A stretch of 59,509 nt of DNA from an uncultured Planctomycetia bacterium (GCA_964603095.1 CAZRTR010000003.1:1-59509), one strand, 5' to 3'; shown: positions 42,372 through 56,178, numbered from the stretch's first letter. The notes: a model not told the origin generated them from the letters alone. Translations and numbers: made by a program.

Positions 42372-44816
42372 ATGTCAGGACAGTCGGTAGAGCAAGGGCT
42401 AACGGAGGATCAGATTTTGGAGCAGGAGGTCCGCCGGCATGTGCTGGTGACCCCGTGGGACCAGCTTCTTAAACTGGTCGACCCGATCTACAACTGGGGC
42501 CGGAGGAACTCCCTCTGGCCGCTCCAGTTCGGGCTGGCCTGCTGCGCGATCGAGATGATCTGCACCGCCGCCTCACGCTTCGACATCGCCCGGTTCGGGG
42601 CGGAGCTGTTCCGGGCCTCCCCCCGCCAGGCCGATCTGATGATCGTCTCCGGAACCGTGACGAAGAAGATGGTCCCGATGATCGTCCGGCTGTACGACCA
42701 GATGCCGGAGCCGAAGTATGTGATCTCGATGGGGGCCTGCGCCACCGCCGGCGGGCCGTTCAAGGAGGGGTACAACGTCGTCTCCGGGATCGACAAGTTC
42801 CTTCCGGTCGATGTCTACATCCCCGGCTGCCCCCCCACTCCCCAGGCGCTGCTTCACGCCCTGATCACGCTGCAGAAGAAGATCGACGGGCAGTCGATCG
42901 GCCAGGTTCGCTGGTACGCCAAGGAGGCGCCGCCGGAGATTCCGGTGCCGGAGCTGGGCCCGGATCTGGTGGATGTCCGACGGGCGGAGGAGATCAAGCA
43001 AAAGTGCGCCGGGCCAGGCGTCGAGCAGAAACCGGCGGCCCTTCCGACGATGATCCCGGCCCCGACGAAGACGGATGAGCGGACCCGGATCGTCGAGCCG
43101 AGCCGGCTTCTGGAGACGGCCCGGGAGATGAGGAACAACCCCGATTCGGCGTTGGATTACCTGGCCAATCTCACCTGCGTCGATTACCAGGACTGTTACG
43201 AACTGGTCTACCACCTTTACTCCATCAAACATTACCGTCCGCCGCTGGCTCTCAAGGTGCGGGCGAAGAAGGAGGACCCGAGGATTCCATCGGTCGTTTC
43301 CATCTGGCCCGGGGCCGATCTGCAGGAGCGGGAGGTCTGGGACCTGTACGGGGTCCGGTTCGAGGGTCACCCGAACCTGAAACGGATCCTGATGTGGGAA
43401 GGGTTCGAGGGCCACCCGATGCGGAAAGATTACCTGGAGCCGTATTACGAAGCGCCGGGGAAGATCTTCCCCAGCCGGTGGAAGGAGGGGCGCCATCAGC
43501 GGGCGGAAGAACGGGTTGCTTTTTCCGATAACGTTAGATACCCACCTGGATTTGATCCGACACAGGGACAGTCCCCTTTGGAAAAGGGACAGTCCCCTTT
43601 AGATCGCCTCCCAGAGGGCGCTACTTCGGGGACAGTCCCTGCGGGGACAATCCTTGGGGGGACTGTCCCTTATGAAGAATTGACTCCGGTCACCTCCCAG
43701 TCGCTCGAGTCCCTCAAGACCGACACCCTGGTGATCAACCTCGGCCCCCAGCACCCTTCCACCCCTGGGGTCTTCCGGATGAAGGTGGTGGTGGACGGCG
43801 AACGGATTGTGAAGCTGGAGCCGGTGATGGGCTACATGCACCGGAACCACGAGAAGATCGGGGAGCGGAACACCTATCTCATGAACTTCCCCTACACCGA
43901 CCGGCTGGATTACATCTGCTCGATGTCGAACAACCTGGGCTACGCCCTGACGGTCGAAAAGATGCTGGGGTTGAAGCCCCCGGAGCGGGCCGAGTATATC
44001 CGGGTGATCATGGCGGAGCTGACCCGGATCGTCAACCATTTCTGGGCGATCGGGTTTCTCCTGAACGATCTGGGGGCCTTCTTCACCCCGGCCCTGTACG
44101 CCATCGAGGAGCGGGAGCTGATCCTGGACCTGTTCGAGATGGCCTCCGGCTCCCGGATGATGTGCAACTACATGCGCTTCGGCGGAGTGGCGGCCGATCT
44201 GCCGGACGAATTCTTCCCGATCTTCACCTCCCTGATCCATGACCGGCTGCCGAAGGGGATCGAGCAGATCGACCGGTATCTGACCCGCAACGAAATTCTG
44301 CTCAGCCGCTGCCGGGGGGTGGGGGTGCTTCCCCGGGACGCGGCGGTCGCCTATTCCGCGGCCGGGCCGGTTCTGCGGGGTTCCGGCGTCCCGTACGACG
44401 TCCGGAAAGCGGAGCCCTACTCGATCTACGACCGGTTCGATTTCGAGATCCCCACCTTCCCGGAGGGGGATGTCTACGCCCGGTACCGGGTCCGGATCGC
44501 GGAGATGTGGCAGTCTTTGAAGATCCTCCGCCAGGCCTTCCGGGACCTTCCGAAGGGGGAGATCCTGGCCGGCAAGAAGCTCTGGAACATCCGGGTGCTG
44601 GCCGGGGAGGCGTACGGGCGGGTGGAGAATCCGAAGGGGGAGCTGGGTTTCTATATCGTGAGCGATGGGACCGACCACCCGTACCGGTACCATGTGCGGG
44701 CCCCTTCCTTTATCAACCTAACCGCATTGGGGCTGATGTGCCAGGGGCATCTGGTGGCCGACGTGGTGGCGATCCTGGGCTCGATCGACATCGTTCTCGG
44801 CGAGACGGATCGATAA
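42372..44816 (+). CDS. nuoBCD: fused NADH-quinone oxidoreductase subunits B, C and D
   Basis: NuoB: [22 protein letters not shown]. NuoC: [18 protein letters not shown]. NuoD: [16 protein letters not shown] 42372 with a ggaga RBS is preferred over track start 42309, which would translate the repeats. Confidence 0.88.
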   Translation: MSGQSVEQGLTEDQILEQEVRRHVLVTPWDQLLKLVDPIYNWGRRNSLWPLQFGLACCAIEMICTAASRFDIARFGAELFRASPRQADLMIVSGTVTKKMVPMIVRLYDQMPEPKYVISMGACATAGGPFKEGYNVVSGIDKFLPVDVYIPGCPPTPQALLHALITLQKKIDGQSIGQVRWYAKEAPPEIPVPELGPDLVDVRRAEEIKQKCAGPGVEQKPAALPTMIPAPTKTDERTRIVEPSRLLETAREMRNNPDSALDYLANLTCVDYQDCYELVYHLYSIKHYRPPLALKVRAKKEDPRIPSVVSIWPGADLQEREVWDLYGVRFEGHPNLKRILMWEGFEGHPMRKDYLEPYYEAPGKIFPSRWKEGRHQRAEERVAFSDNVRYPPGFDPTQGQSPLEKGQSPLDRLPEGATSGTVPAGTILGGTVPYEELTPVTSQSLESLKTDTLVINLGPQHPSTPGVFRMKVVVDGERIVKLEPVMGYMHRNHEKIGERNTYLMNFPYTDRLDYICSMSNNLGYALTVEKMLGLKPPERAEYIRVIMAELTRIVNHFWAIGFLLNDLGAFFTPALYAIEERELILDLFEMASGSRMMCNYMRFGGVAADLPDEFFPIFTSLIHDRLPKGIEQIDRYLTRNEILLSRCRGVGVLPRDAAVAYSAAGPVLRGSGVPYDVRKAEPYSIYDRFDFEIPTFPEGDVYARYRVRIAEMWQSLKILRQAFRDLPKGEILAGKKLWNIRVLAGEAYGRVENPKGELGFYIVSDGTDHPYRYHVRAPSFINLTALGLMCQGHLVADVVAILGSIDIVLGETDR
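43565..43669. repeat. palindromic repeat family A, five units, translated in the NuoC-NuoD linker
   Basis: Units at 43565, 43586, 43628, 43643 and 43656 encode [36 protein letters not shown]. Confidence 0.88.
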
Positions 44817-44855
44817 TGGGGTCTGGCTCTTTTTTACTGGGGATCAGGAGGGTTG

Positions 44856-44882
44856 GTGAAAAAGTGCCTGGCCCCTTTTCAC
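44856..44882. repeat. degenerate palindromic repeat (gtgaaaa-core-ttttcac), intergenic nuoD-nuoI
   Basis: 7-bp inverted arms flank agtgcctggcccc. A further degenerate unit, ggggtctggctc, lies at 44818. Confidence 0.55.
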
Positions 44883-44883
44883 A

Positions 44884-45513
44884 ATGAAGATTTATGGCTT
44901 AGAGCTTTTACGGGGCCTCGGAATAACGCTGAAGCACTTCATCTTCAGCTACACGGCCGGGATCCGGCGGGGTTTCCGCAATCGGCTGCGGGGGCATGTT
45001 CGCCAACACCCGGGGGAGAAGGGGATCTTCACCGTCCAGTACCCGGAGGAACGGCTGAAGGTTCCGGAGCGGTTCCGGGTGCTGCCGGTCCTGATCTTTG
45101 ACGGCAAGCAGGGGGAGAGTTGGGCGACCGAGACGGAACGGTGCACCGCCTGCGGAATCTGCGCCAAGGTCTGCCCTCCGCAGTGCATCTGGATCGTGCA
45201 GGGAAAGGATCCGACGGGGAAGCCGATCGCCAAGGCCTCCGAGTTTACCATCGATGTGGATGTCTGCATGAACTGCGGCTTCTGCGCCGAGTACTGCCCC
45301 TTCGACGCGATCAAGATGGATCACAAGTTCGAATGGGGCTCCGGTGAGCGGCAGAATTCCCACATCTTCGACATCGACAAGCTTCATGTCTCGACCGAAT
45401 ATTACGCCAAGACCCACCCGAAGGCCTGGGCCGAAGAAGAAGCCCATCGCAAGGCGGAGCAAGCGAAGAAGGCGGCCGCCGCGGCCGCCAAACCGGCGGG
45501 AGGGCAGGGGTGA
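44884..45513 (+). CDS. nuoI: NADH-quinone oxidoreductase subunit I (2x[4Fe-4S])
   Basis: CTACGICAKVCP and CMNCGFCAEYCP, plus an Ala/Lys-rich C-terminal tail. Confidence 0.88.
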   Translation: MKIYGLELLRGLGITLKHFIFSYTAGIRRGFRNRLRGHVRQHPGEKGIFTVQYPEERLKVPERFRVLPVLIFDGKQGESWATETERCTACGICAKVCPPQCIWIVQGKDPTGKPIAKASEFTIDVDVCMNCGFCAEYCPFDAIKMDHKFEWGSGERQNSHIFDIDKLHVSTEYYAKTHPKAWAEEEAHRKAEQAKKAAAAAAKPAGGQG

Positions 45514-45872
45514 GCTACAATCTGAATTACCTGTTCCTGGGGTTGTTCTTCATCGGGGCGATGGTGGTGCCGCTTCTGCCGATCGTTCTGGCCCGATTCG
45601 TCGCTCCCAAGAGGCCGGGGCCGAACAAACTGGATTCTTATGAGTGCGGGATGGAGACCGAGGGGGACACCTGGGTCCAGTTCCGGATCCAGTATTACCT
45701 GTTCGCGATCCTGTTCGTGATCTTCGATGTGGAGGCCCTCTTCCTCTTCCCCTGGGCGGTGATCTTCCGGGAGGCCGGGATCTCCGGGTTGATCGCCATG
45801 GGGGTTTTCCTGGGGGTGCTGGCGTTGGGGCTGGTCTACGCCTGGCAGGAGGGGGCGTTGGAATGGGACTGA
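45510..45872 (+). CDS. nuoA: NADH-quinone oxidoreductase subunit A
   Basis: 120 aa, 3 TM, with YECGME and FDVEALFLFPW. GTG start overlaps the nuoI stop. Confidence 0.88.
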   Translation: MSYNLNYLFLGLFFIGAMVVPLLPIVLARFVAPKRPGPNKLDSYECGMETEGDTWVQFRIQYYLFAILFVIFDVEALFLFPWAVIFREAGISGLIAMGVFLGVLALGLVYAWQEGALEWD

Positions 45873-46990
45873 CGCTGCCGGCTTGGCTCCTCACGCTGAT
45901 TCAACTGATTGTGCCGATGGCGGTGATCCTGGCGGCGGCGCCGGTCGGGATGATGTACCTGACTTGGGCAGAGCGGAAGGTGATCGCCCGGATGCAGGAC
46001 CGGTTCGGCCCGAACCGGGTCGGACCCTATGGATTGCTCCAGCCGGTCGCCGATATGATCAAGATGTTGACGAAGGAGGATATCGTTCCCTCCGGAGCCG
46101 ATCGGTTGTGCCATTTCCTGGCCCCGGTGCTGATCGTGGTGCCGGCCCTGTTCCTCTTCACGGTGCTTCCGTTCGGGGAGGAGTTGGTCGCAGCGCCGCT
46201 GACGACGGGGCTGCTTTTCTTTGTGGCGATCGGATCGGCCGAGACGCTGACGATCTTCATGGCCGGCTGGGGATCCCGGAACAAGTTCTCCTTGCTTGGT
46301 GCCGTCCGGACCGCTGCGCAGCTGGTGGCCTACGAGGTGCCGTTTGTTCTGGCCCTGGTGGTGGTGCCGATGGTGACGGGGTCTCTCAACCTGGTGGAGA
46401 TTGTCCGGCAACAGCAGGGGCATTGGTTCTTCTTCACCCCGTGGGGGTTCGTCGCCTTCTTCCTGGTTCTGACGGCCGGCCTGGCGGAGGTGAACCGGAC
46501 CCCGTTCGACCTGCCGGAGGCGGAGTCGGAGATCGTGGCCGGGTTCCACACCGAGTACAGCGGGATGAAGTTCGCCCTCTTCTACATGGCGGAGTTCTTG
46601 AGCGCCTTGGCGCTGGGGGCCCTGTTGAGCGTCCTGTTCCTCGGAGGGTGGGACGGTCCGGCCCCGGTCGCCGGTTGGATCTGGATGGTTTTCAAGACCT
46701 TGGGGATGGTTTTCGTGATGATCTGGATCCGGGGGACCTTCCCCCGCTTCCGGATCGATCAGCTGATGCGGATGGCCTGGGTGGTGATGATCCCGATGAC
46801 CCTGGCGAACCTGGTGGGAGCGGCGATCTGGTGTCTGGCAGAGGGAATGGGTCGGATTTTCTGGTCGGCCTCGGCGCCGGCGGTCACCTTCCTGGTGACG
46901 ACCCAACTGTGGCTCCGCCCGAAGCCGCATCTGACGGCGAAATGGGTCGAACCGGTTCTAGAGGGCTTGACGGAACCGCCGCGGGAATGA
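45863..46990 (+). CDS. nuoH: NADH-quinone oxidoreductase subunit H
   Basis: Internal ATG of track ORF 45644. Contains AERKVIARMQDRFGPNRVGPYGLLQP and PFDLPEAESEIVAGFHTEYSG. Confidence 0.9.
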   Translation: MGLTLPAWLLTLIQLIVPMAVILAAAPVGMMYLTWAERKVIARMQDRFGPNRVGPYGLLQPVADMIKMLTKEDIVPSGADRLCHFLAPVLIVVPALFLFTVLPFGEELVAAPLTTGLLFFVAIGSAETLTIFMAGWGSRNKFSLLGAVRTAAQLVAYEVPFVLALVVVPMVTGSLNLVEIVRQQQGHWFFFTPWGFVAFFLVLTAGLAEVNRTPFDLPEAESEIVAGFHTEYSGMKFALFYMAEFLSALALGALLSVLFLGGWDGPAPVAGWIWMVFKTLGMVFVMIWIRGTFPRFRIDQLMRMAWVVMIPMTLANLVGAAIWCLAEGMGRIFWSASAPAVTFLVTTQLWLRPKPHLTAKWVEPVLEGLTEPPRE

Positions 46991-47017
46991 GATACTGAGT
47001 ATAAAAGGGAGGAGAGG

Positions 47018-47335
47018 ATGGAGACAACTGGAAAGTTTGTTAGGGTAGCGGCCACGTCCGAGATTCCGCCGGGGGAAGGGCGGTGCTTCGAGACGGAGGG
47101 GCGGGAAATCGCCGTTTTCAATCTGGGCGGCAGTTTCTATTGTATCGACAACACCTGCACCCACGCCGGCGGCCCTCTGGGAGAGGGAACGGTGCAGGGG
47201 GAGCAGGTGGAGTGTCCGTGGCATGGCGCCAACTTTAACGTGAAAACGGGTCAGGTCTTGAGCGCCCCGGCCGCCGAGGGGGTGGCCTGCCACAAGGTTC
47301 GAGTCAACGGCTCGGACATCGAGGTCGAGTTTTAG
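47018..47335 (+). CDS. small Rieske-type [2Fe-2S] protein (NirD/ferredoxin-like)
   Basis: CTHAGGPL...CPWHGANF. Confidence 0.85.
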   Translation: METTGKFVRVAATSEIPPGEGRCFETEGREIAVFNLGGSFYCIDNTCTHAGGPLGEGTVQGEQVECPWHGANFNVKTGQVLSAPAAEGVACHKVRVNGSDIEVEF

Positions 47336-47408
47336 TTTCCAGCTTTGCCAGGTTTCTAACTTTGCCAAACCTATCCTGGCGAGCTCAACAGGGAGGACTG
47401 AGGGAACG

Positions 47409-47720
47409 ATGTCTTACGTGATTACCGGCAAGTGCTTAGGGGAACAGTACGCTTCCTGTGTGGAGGTTTGTCCCGTGGATTGCATCTATCCCGGGGATCA
47501 CCAGGGGGAAAAATTCATGGTGATTGACCCGGAGATCTGCATCACCTGCGGGGCCTGCCTGCCCGTCTGTCCGATCGGGGCGATCGTCGAGTCGGAGGAT
47601 TACGATCCGGAGTTCGCCAAGGTGAACGCGGAGTTGTCCCCGAAGTTCAAGGTGAACCCCAAGGTGACCCCGCGGCCTTCGAACGATCCTCCTCGAAAGC
47701 CGACCAACAAACTCGTCTAG
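47409..47720 (+). CDS. ferredoxin, 7Fe (3Fe-4S + 4Fe-4S) FdxA-like
   Basis: CLGEQYASCVEVCPVDCI and CITCGACLPVCP. Confidence 0.85.
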   Translation: MSYVITGKCLGEQYASCVEVCPVDCIYPGDHQGEKFMVIDPEICITCGACLPVCPIGAIVESEDYDPEFAKVNAELSPKFKVNPKVTPRPSNDPPRKPTNKLV

Positions 47721-47729
47721 CCGCTTCAT

Positions 47730-49304
47730 TTGCCCAACTCCCAGGAGCAGATTAAGGAGAGGATCGGCAATCCTTTCCTGGTCCGCGAACGAATCGAGGC
47801 CGCGGCGAAGGAGGGGTTCACCACCTTAACCGAAGACGACAAGTTTCTGGCCAAGTGGTACGGGCTGTACACGCACCGCAAGGAGCCCGGCTTTTTTATG
47901 CTCCGGCTCAAGATCCCCAACGGCTTCCTGACCTCGGCTCAATTAAAGACGATCGCCCGGATCGCGACGGAGCAGAATAAAGATTTCGGGGACATCACCA
48001 CCCGCCAGGATATCCAGCTCCACTGGATCAAGACGGAGGAGGCCCCGGCGATTCTGGAAGAACTCAAAGGGGTCGGGATCTCCACGCTGGGGGCCTGCGG
48101 GGACATCATGCGCAACCTGGTCGGCTGCCCGGTGGCCGGGGTGGACGCTCAGGAGTATTTCGACGCTTCCCCGGTCTTGATGGAGGCGAACCGCTTCTTC
48201 CTGGGCAACACGGAGTTCGCCAACCTTCCGCGGAAATACAAGATCTCCATCGCGGGCTGCCGGGACCAGTGCCAGCAGCCGGAGATCCAGTGCGTCAGCT
48301 TTGTCGGGATGGAGCGGCGAAGAAACGGGACGGCGGAACTCGGCTTCGATCTGCGCGCCGGCGGGGGGCTCTCCACCAAATGGTACTACGGACAGCGGCT
48401 GAACGCCTTCGTCAGACCGGAGCAGGTCCTCCCGGTCTTGAAGGTAATCACCGAGATCTACCGGGACGCGCCGGACTACCGGAAGAGTCGGGCCCGGGCT
48501 CGGCTGAAGTATCTGGTGGCCGACTGGGGGGTGGAGAAGTTCCGGGCGGCGATCCAGGCGAGGATGGAGTTCCCCCTGGAGGAGACCGGCCCTTATGAGG
48601 AGCCGCTCGACACCTACAAGGATCATGTGGGGGTGCATGAGCAGAAGCAGCCGGGGCTGTTCTACGTCGGAGTCCCGGTGCCGGTGGGGCGGATCACCGG
48701 GGGGCAGATGAGGAAGGTGGCGGAGCTGGCGGAGCGGCACGGGAATGGGACGGTCCGGCTCACCGTCCGTCAGAATCTCCTAATCCTGAATATCCCGAGG
48801 GACCGAGTGGCGGCCGTTCTGGAGGGGTTGGAGTCGGTGGAGCTCAAAGTCAACGCCTCCCCGATTCTTCGGGGGGTGCTGGCCTGCACCGGGATCGAGT
48901 TCTGCCGCCTAGCCGTCACCGAGACCAAGGCCCGGGCGATGGAGATTGTTCGGTACCTGGAGTCCCGCGTTGCTCTGGAGGAGCCGCTTCGGATCCATGT
49001 GACCGGGTGTCCCAACACCTGCGCCCAATCCCCGATCGCCCATATCGGGCTGCAGGGCTCCCAAACCAAGGTGGGGGATCAGACGGTGGAGTCGTACGAT
49101 GTCGCGGTGGGAGGGCAGCTGGGCCGCGACCGGGCGTTCAACCATTTCGTTCTTCGGAAGATCCCCGCCACGGAGGTCAAGGTTCGGCTGGAGCGGCTGC
49201 TGCTGGGATACAAGAGGAACCGCAATCCGGGAGAGCTGTTCAACGACTTCTGCAAGCGGGTGGGGGATCAGACGGTGGTGAAACTCCTTTCCGCGGAAGA
49301 GTGA
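47730..49304 (+). CDS. ferredoxin-dependent nitrite/sulfite reductase (NirA/Sir family, siroheme-[4Fe-4S])
   Basis: Duplicated NiR/SiR ferredoxin-like and 4Fe-4S domains, with CTGIEFCRLA...GCPNTCAQ. TTG start. Confidence 0.85.
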   Translation: MPNSQEQIKERIGNPFLVRERIEAAAKEGFTTLTEDDKFLAKWYGLYTHRKEPGFFMLRLKIPNGFLTSAQLKTIARIATEQNKDFGDITTRQDIQLHWIKTEEAPAILEELKGVGISTLGACGDIMRNLVGCPVAGVDAQEYFDASPVLMEANRFFLGNTEFANLPRKYKISIAGCRDQCQQPEIQCVSFVGMERRRNGTAELGFDLRAGGGLSTKWYYGQRLNAFVRPEQVLPVLKVITEIYRDAPDYRKSRARARLKYLVADWGVEKFRAAIQARMEFPLEETGPYEEPLDTYKDHVGVHEQKQPGLFYVGVPVPVGRITGGQMRKVAELAERHGNGTVRLTVRQNLLILNIPRDRVAAVLEGLESVELKVNASPILRGVLACTGIEFCRLAVTETKARAMEIVRYLESRVALEEPLRIHVTGCPNTCAQSPIAHIGLQGSQTKVGDQTVESYDVAVGGQLGRDRAFNHFVLRKIPATEVKVRLERLLLGYKRNRNPGELFNDFCKRVGDQTVVKLLSAEE

Positions 49305-50398
49305 GAGTCCTCCTCGTCGGGGCGGGAATCATCGGCCTGAGCATCGCGGAGGAGCTGACCCGCCGGGGCGTGGAGGTGGAGCTGTTCGAGAAAGGGGCCA
49401 GGCCGGGGTGTGAGGCCTCCTCCGCCGCGGCGGGGATCCTCTCCCCACAAGGTGAGGCCGACGGGCCCGGTCCATTCCTTAACCTGCTGCTGGCCGGCTA
49501 CCCACTGATCCCGGAGGCGGTGGCCCGCCTGAGCGCTTTGACCCAGGTCGACTTAAGATACCGGGCCAGCGGAATGATCTTGGTCGCTCTGACCGAGCGG
49601 GATGAGGAGGAGCTGGACCGGCAGATCGCCTGGCAGCAGAGGGCCGGCCTGCGGTTGGAGCGGTTGACCGCCGGACAGATCAAGGAGATGGAGCCGGCCA
49701 TCGACGGCCCGGTCCGATCCGGCGTCTGGTGGCCCCAGACGGCCCAGATCGACAATACCCGGCTGGTGGAGGCGATCGCGGAGGTGGTTCAGGCCCAGGG
49801 AGGGACAATCCATACCGACGCTCCGGTCAGCCGCTTCCTTCTCGAGGGAAACCGGGTGACCGGAGTGGAGACGGCCCATGGAGAGGTCCGGGCCGATTGG
49901 GTGGTCAACAGCTCCGGTTCCTGGGCCGGGTTTGATGAGAGCTTGTCGCTGACGATCCCCGCCGTTCCGGTCAAAGGGCAGATCCTCCAGTATCGGACCG
50001 ACGGTCCCGTGGTTGAGCGGATCATCAAGTCCCCCCGGGCCTATCTCGTCCAACGCTCCGACCGGGAGTTGATCGTCGGAACCACCGTCGAGCATGCCGG
50101 GTACGATAAGCGGGTAACCGATGAAGGTCGCCGCCAGATCCAGGCCGGAGCGCGGGAGATCAGTTCCCGGTTAGACACGTTGACCCTGGAAAGTTCCTGG
50201 GCCGGCTTAAGGCCGGGGACCCCGGATCGGCTTCCGATTCTGGGACCCACTCCTCTGGATCGGCTCCTGGTGGCCGCCGGCCATTATCGCAACGGGATCC
50301 TCCTGGCTCCCTTGACCGGACGGCTGATCGCCGATTGGATCACCCGGGGCGACTGTTCCGTCGACTTGTCCCCCTTCGGGTTGGCCCGGTTTTTATGA
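49301..50398 (+). CDS. FAD-dependent oxidoreductase (glycine oxidase ThiO/DAO family)
   Basis: GTGA overlap with the upstream stop. Contains VLLVGAGIIGLSIAEEL and C-terminal GHYRNGILLAP. Confidence 0.78.
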   Translation: MRVLLVGAGIIGLSIAEELTRRGVEVELFEKGARPGCEASSAAAGILSPQGEADGPGPFLNLLLAGYPLIPEAVARLSALTQVDLRYRASGMILVALTERDEEELDRQIAWQQRAGLRLERLTAGQIKEMEPAIDGPVRSGVWWPQTAQIDNTRLVEAIAEVVQAQGGTIHTDAPVSRFLLEGNRVTGVETAHGEVRADWVVNSSGSWAGFDESLSLTIPAVPVKGQILQYRTDGPVVERIIKSPRAYLVQRSDRELIVGTTVEHAGYDKRVTDEGRRQIQAGAREISSRLDTLTLESSWAGLRPGTPDRLPILGPTPLDRLLVAAGHYRNGILLAPLTGRLIADWITRGDCSVDLSPFGLARFL

Positions 50399-50424
50399 TA
50401 TCCTATTAACCATGGAGTCATGGG

Positions 50425-54098
<3,674 letters not shown>

Positions 54099-54153
54099 AA
54101 ACCGTCCCACAGGGACTTCACTCTACTGGCCGCTGGCGCGGCCAAAAACGTAG

Positions 54154-54798
54154 ATGATGTTGCGACGGGCGTCCTACTGGGTGACGGGGTGGGTTCTGGC
54201 GATGCTCTTGACGGCGCCGATCCTGCTGTTTCAGGGCCGCGCCGCCTCCCACCGGGTTTCCTTCTCCTCTTCAGAGATGGCCCGGACCCAGGGACCTTTG
54301 GCCGCGCCGGTCCGGCTGGTGGAATACAGCAACTTCCGGTGTCCCGCCTGCCATGAGGTTCAGCCGACCCTGGCTCATCTTCTCGGCCGATACCCCGGCA
54401 AGATCCGGTATGAGTTCCGGCATTTCCCGGCGGCGAACGACCGCCGCTCGGTGATGGCCCATCTGGCGGCCGAGGCGGCGGCCGCCCAAGGCCGATTCTG
54501 GCCTTACCACCATCGGTTGTTTCAAGACCGGGCCCGACGGATGAACGCCTCGAACCCGTTGGAGTCGTTCCTCCAGTTCGCCGTGGAGTTGGGTTTGGAT
54601 GAAGATCGTTTCTCGATGGCGTTCGTCGATCCGGAGACATTGAAGCGTGTGGAGCAGGATCTGAACGCCGGTCGGGCGCTGGGGGTACGGGCCACTCCGG
54701 CCTTTTTCATCCAGGGCCATGTCCTGGTCGGGCCCCGTCAGTTCGAGCAGGAGGCGGAGAAATGGATCCAGGAAGCCCTTCAACCACCGGCAGCCTAG
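54154..54798 (+). CDS. DsbA-family thiol:disulfide oxidoreductase, membrane-anchored
   Basis: N-terminal TM helix and a FRCPAC active site. Confidence 0.8.
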   Translation: MMLRRASYWVTGWVLAMLLTAPILLFQGRAASHRVSFSSSEMARTQGPLAAPVRLVEYSNFRCPACHEVQPTLAHLLGRYPGKIRYEFRHFPAANDRRSVMAHLAAEAAAAQGRFWPYHHRLFQDRARRMNASNPLESFLQFAVELGLDEDRFSMAFVDPETLKRVEQDLNAGRALGVRATPAFFIQGHVLVGPRQFEQEAEKWIQEALQPPAA

Positions 54799-55223
54799 TG
54801 GTCCGCCTCTGCGCCCGGGCGCTTGTGGGGGCCGTCTTCGCCTACGCCGGGTTTTTGAAGCTGATGGAGCCCCCCGCCAACTTCCAGGCGGTTCTGGAGC
54901 ATTATCCGCTCCTGCCGGCGGCTCTAGCGCCGTTCCTGGCCCGGACGGTTCCTTGGGCGGAATGGCTGGGCGGGATGTTCCTGCTCATCGGCTACATGAC
55001 GCGGGCCGGCGCGCTGCTGCTGACGCTGCTGTCCCTGGGCTTCGTGGCGGTGTTGACCGGTTCGGTTTTCGGCCCCAAGGCGGCCGAATCGTGCGGCTGC
55101 TTCGGCTCCGGGCTGGCCTTGACCGTCCGCCAGGCCTATCTGCTCGACTGGGCCACCCTCCTTCTTGGGATTTTTCTTTTTCGGTTGGAGAGCCATCCTT
55201 TCGCGCTGGAGAATCGGTTATGA
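54798..55223 (+). CDS. DoxX/MauE-family membrane protein
   Basis: A GTG overlapping the DsbA stop is preferred over track start 54762. Four TM helices. Confidence 0.7.
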   Translation: MVRLCARALVGAVFAYAGFLKLMEPPANFQAVLEHYPLLPAALAPFLARTVPWAEWLGGMFLLIGYMTRAGALLLTLLSLGFVAVLTGSVFGPKAAESCGCFGSGLALTVRQAYLLDWATLLLGIFLFRLESHPFALENRL

Positions 55224-56175
55224 AGAGACGCGCACCCGCGCGCCAAATCAAGAAGGTCTGGAAGAGCATACCCACGATCGAAGGGGCCGGGGTCCGGCTG
55301 CGGCGTGTCTTCGGCTTCCATCAGGTGCCGCAGCTGGATCCGTTCCTGCTGCTGGACTGCTTTGATTCCGACAACCGGGATGACTACGTCAGGGGCTTCC
55401 CCTGGCACCCGCACCGGGGGATTGAGACGATCACCTACGTCTTGGACGGCGATGTAGAGCACCAGGACAGTCTGGGCAACAAAGGCGTCATCCGGCCGGG
55501 CGACGCGCAGTGGATGACGGCGGGCATCGGCATCATCCACCAGGAGATGCCGCAGGGATCTCCCACCGGTCGGATGTGGGGATTCCAGCTCTGGGCGAAC
55601 CTGCCCCGGAAGCAGAAGATGATGGATCCCAGGTACCGGGAGGTGACCGCCCAGCAGATCCCGGCGGTCAAGACCCCCGAGGGAGCGACGGTGCGGATCA
55701 TCTGCGGGGCGGTAGGCGGCGTGCAAGGGCCGGTCCGGGAGATCGTGACCGATCCGGAGTACCTGGATGTCTCACTGCCGGCGGGGAAAACCTTTACGCA
55801 TTCGGTCAAGCCGGGCTACAGGTTTTCGCCTACGTCGTTGAGGGGGAGGGCTACTTTGATCCGGGGCGCAATCCGTTCGACCGGCAAGTTATCGGGGAGA
55901 GCTATTTCGACATGAAGCCGTCGTGCGTCTGCAAGGAGGGGGAGATCGCCCTTTATGAGTCGGACGGAGACACCGTGCTGGTCGCGGCCGACAAGAAGCC
56001 CGTTCGCTTCCTGCTGGTATCCGGCAAGCCGCTCAAAGAGCCGGTCGCCTGGTACTGCCCGATCGTCATGAACAGCCAGGAGGAGCTGGAAACCGCCTTC
56101 CGGGAGTACCGAGCCGGAACCTTCGTCAAAGAGGTCGGCGCGCCGAGAGAAAAAACAAAGGAAAGGAGGAGCTAG
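55220..56175 (+). pseudogene. pirin-family protein interrupted by a frameshift near 55820
   Basis: The N-half (HPHRGIETITYV...) is in the frame of track ORF 54719. The C-half (VFAYVVEGEGYF...) is in the frame of ORF 55510. Total length is 956 nt, not a multiple of 3. Confidence 0.75.
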
Positions 56176-56178
56176 CCG

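Noticed and set aside
43565-43669. Possible mini-CRISPR array (five near-identical 11-12 nt palindromes)
   Set aside because: The units are far too short and spacing is irregular (3-30 nt). They lie inside an intact ORF, and no cas genes or leader are present. They belong to a dispersed palindromic repeat family.
49007-49300. N-terminal extension of the ThiO-like ORF (track ORF 49007..50398)
   Set aside because: The extension overlaps the nirA/sir coding region in another frame and is low complexity. The Rossmann motif begins right after GTG 49301. The same logic applies to the extensions of ORFs 54719, 45644, 32150, 16850, 16065 and 58007.
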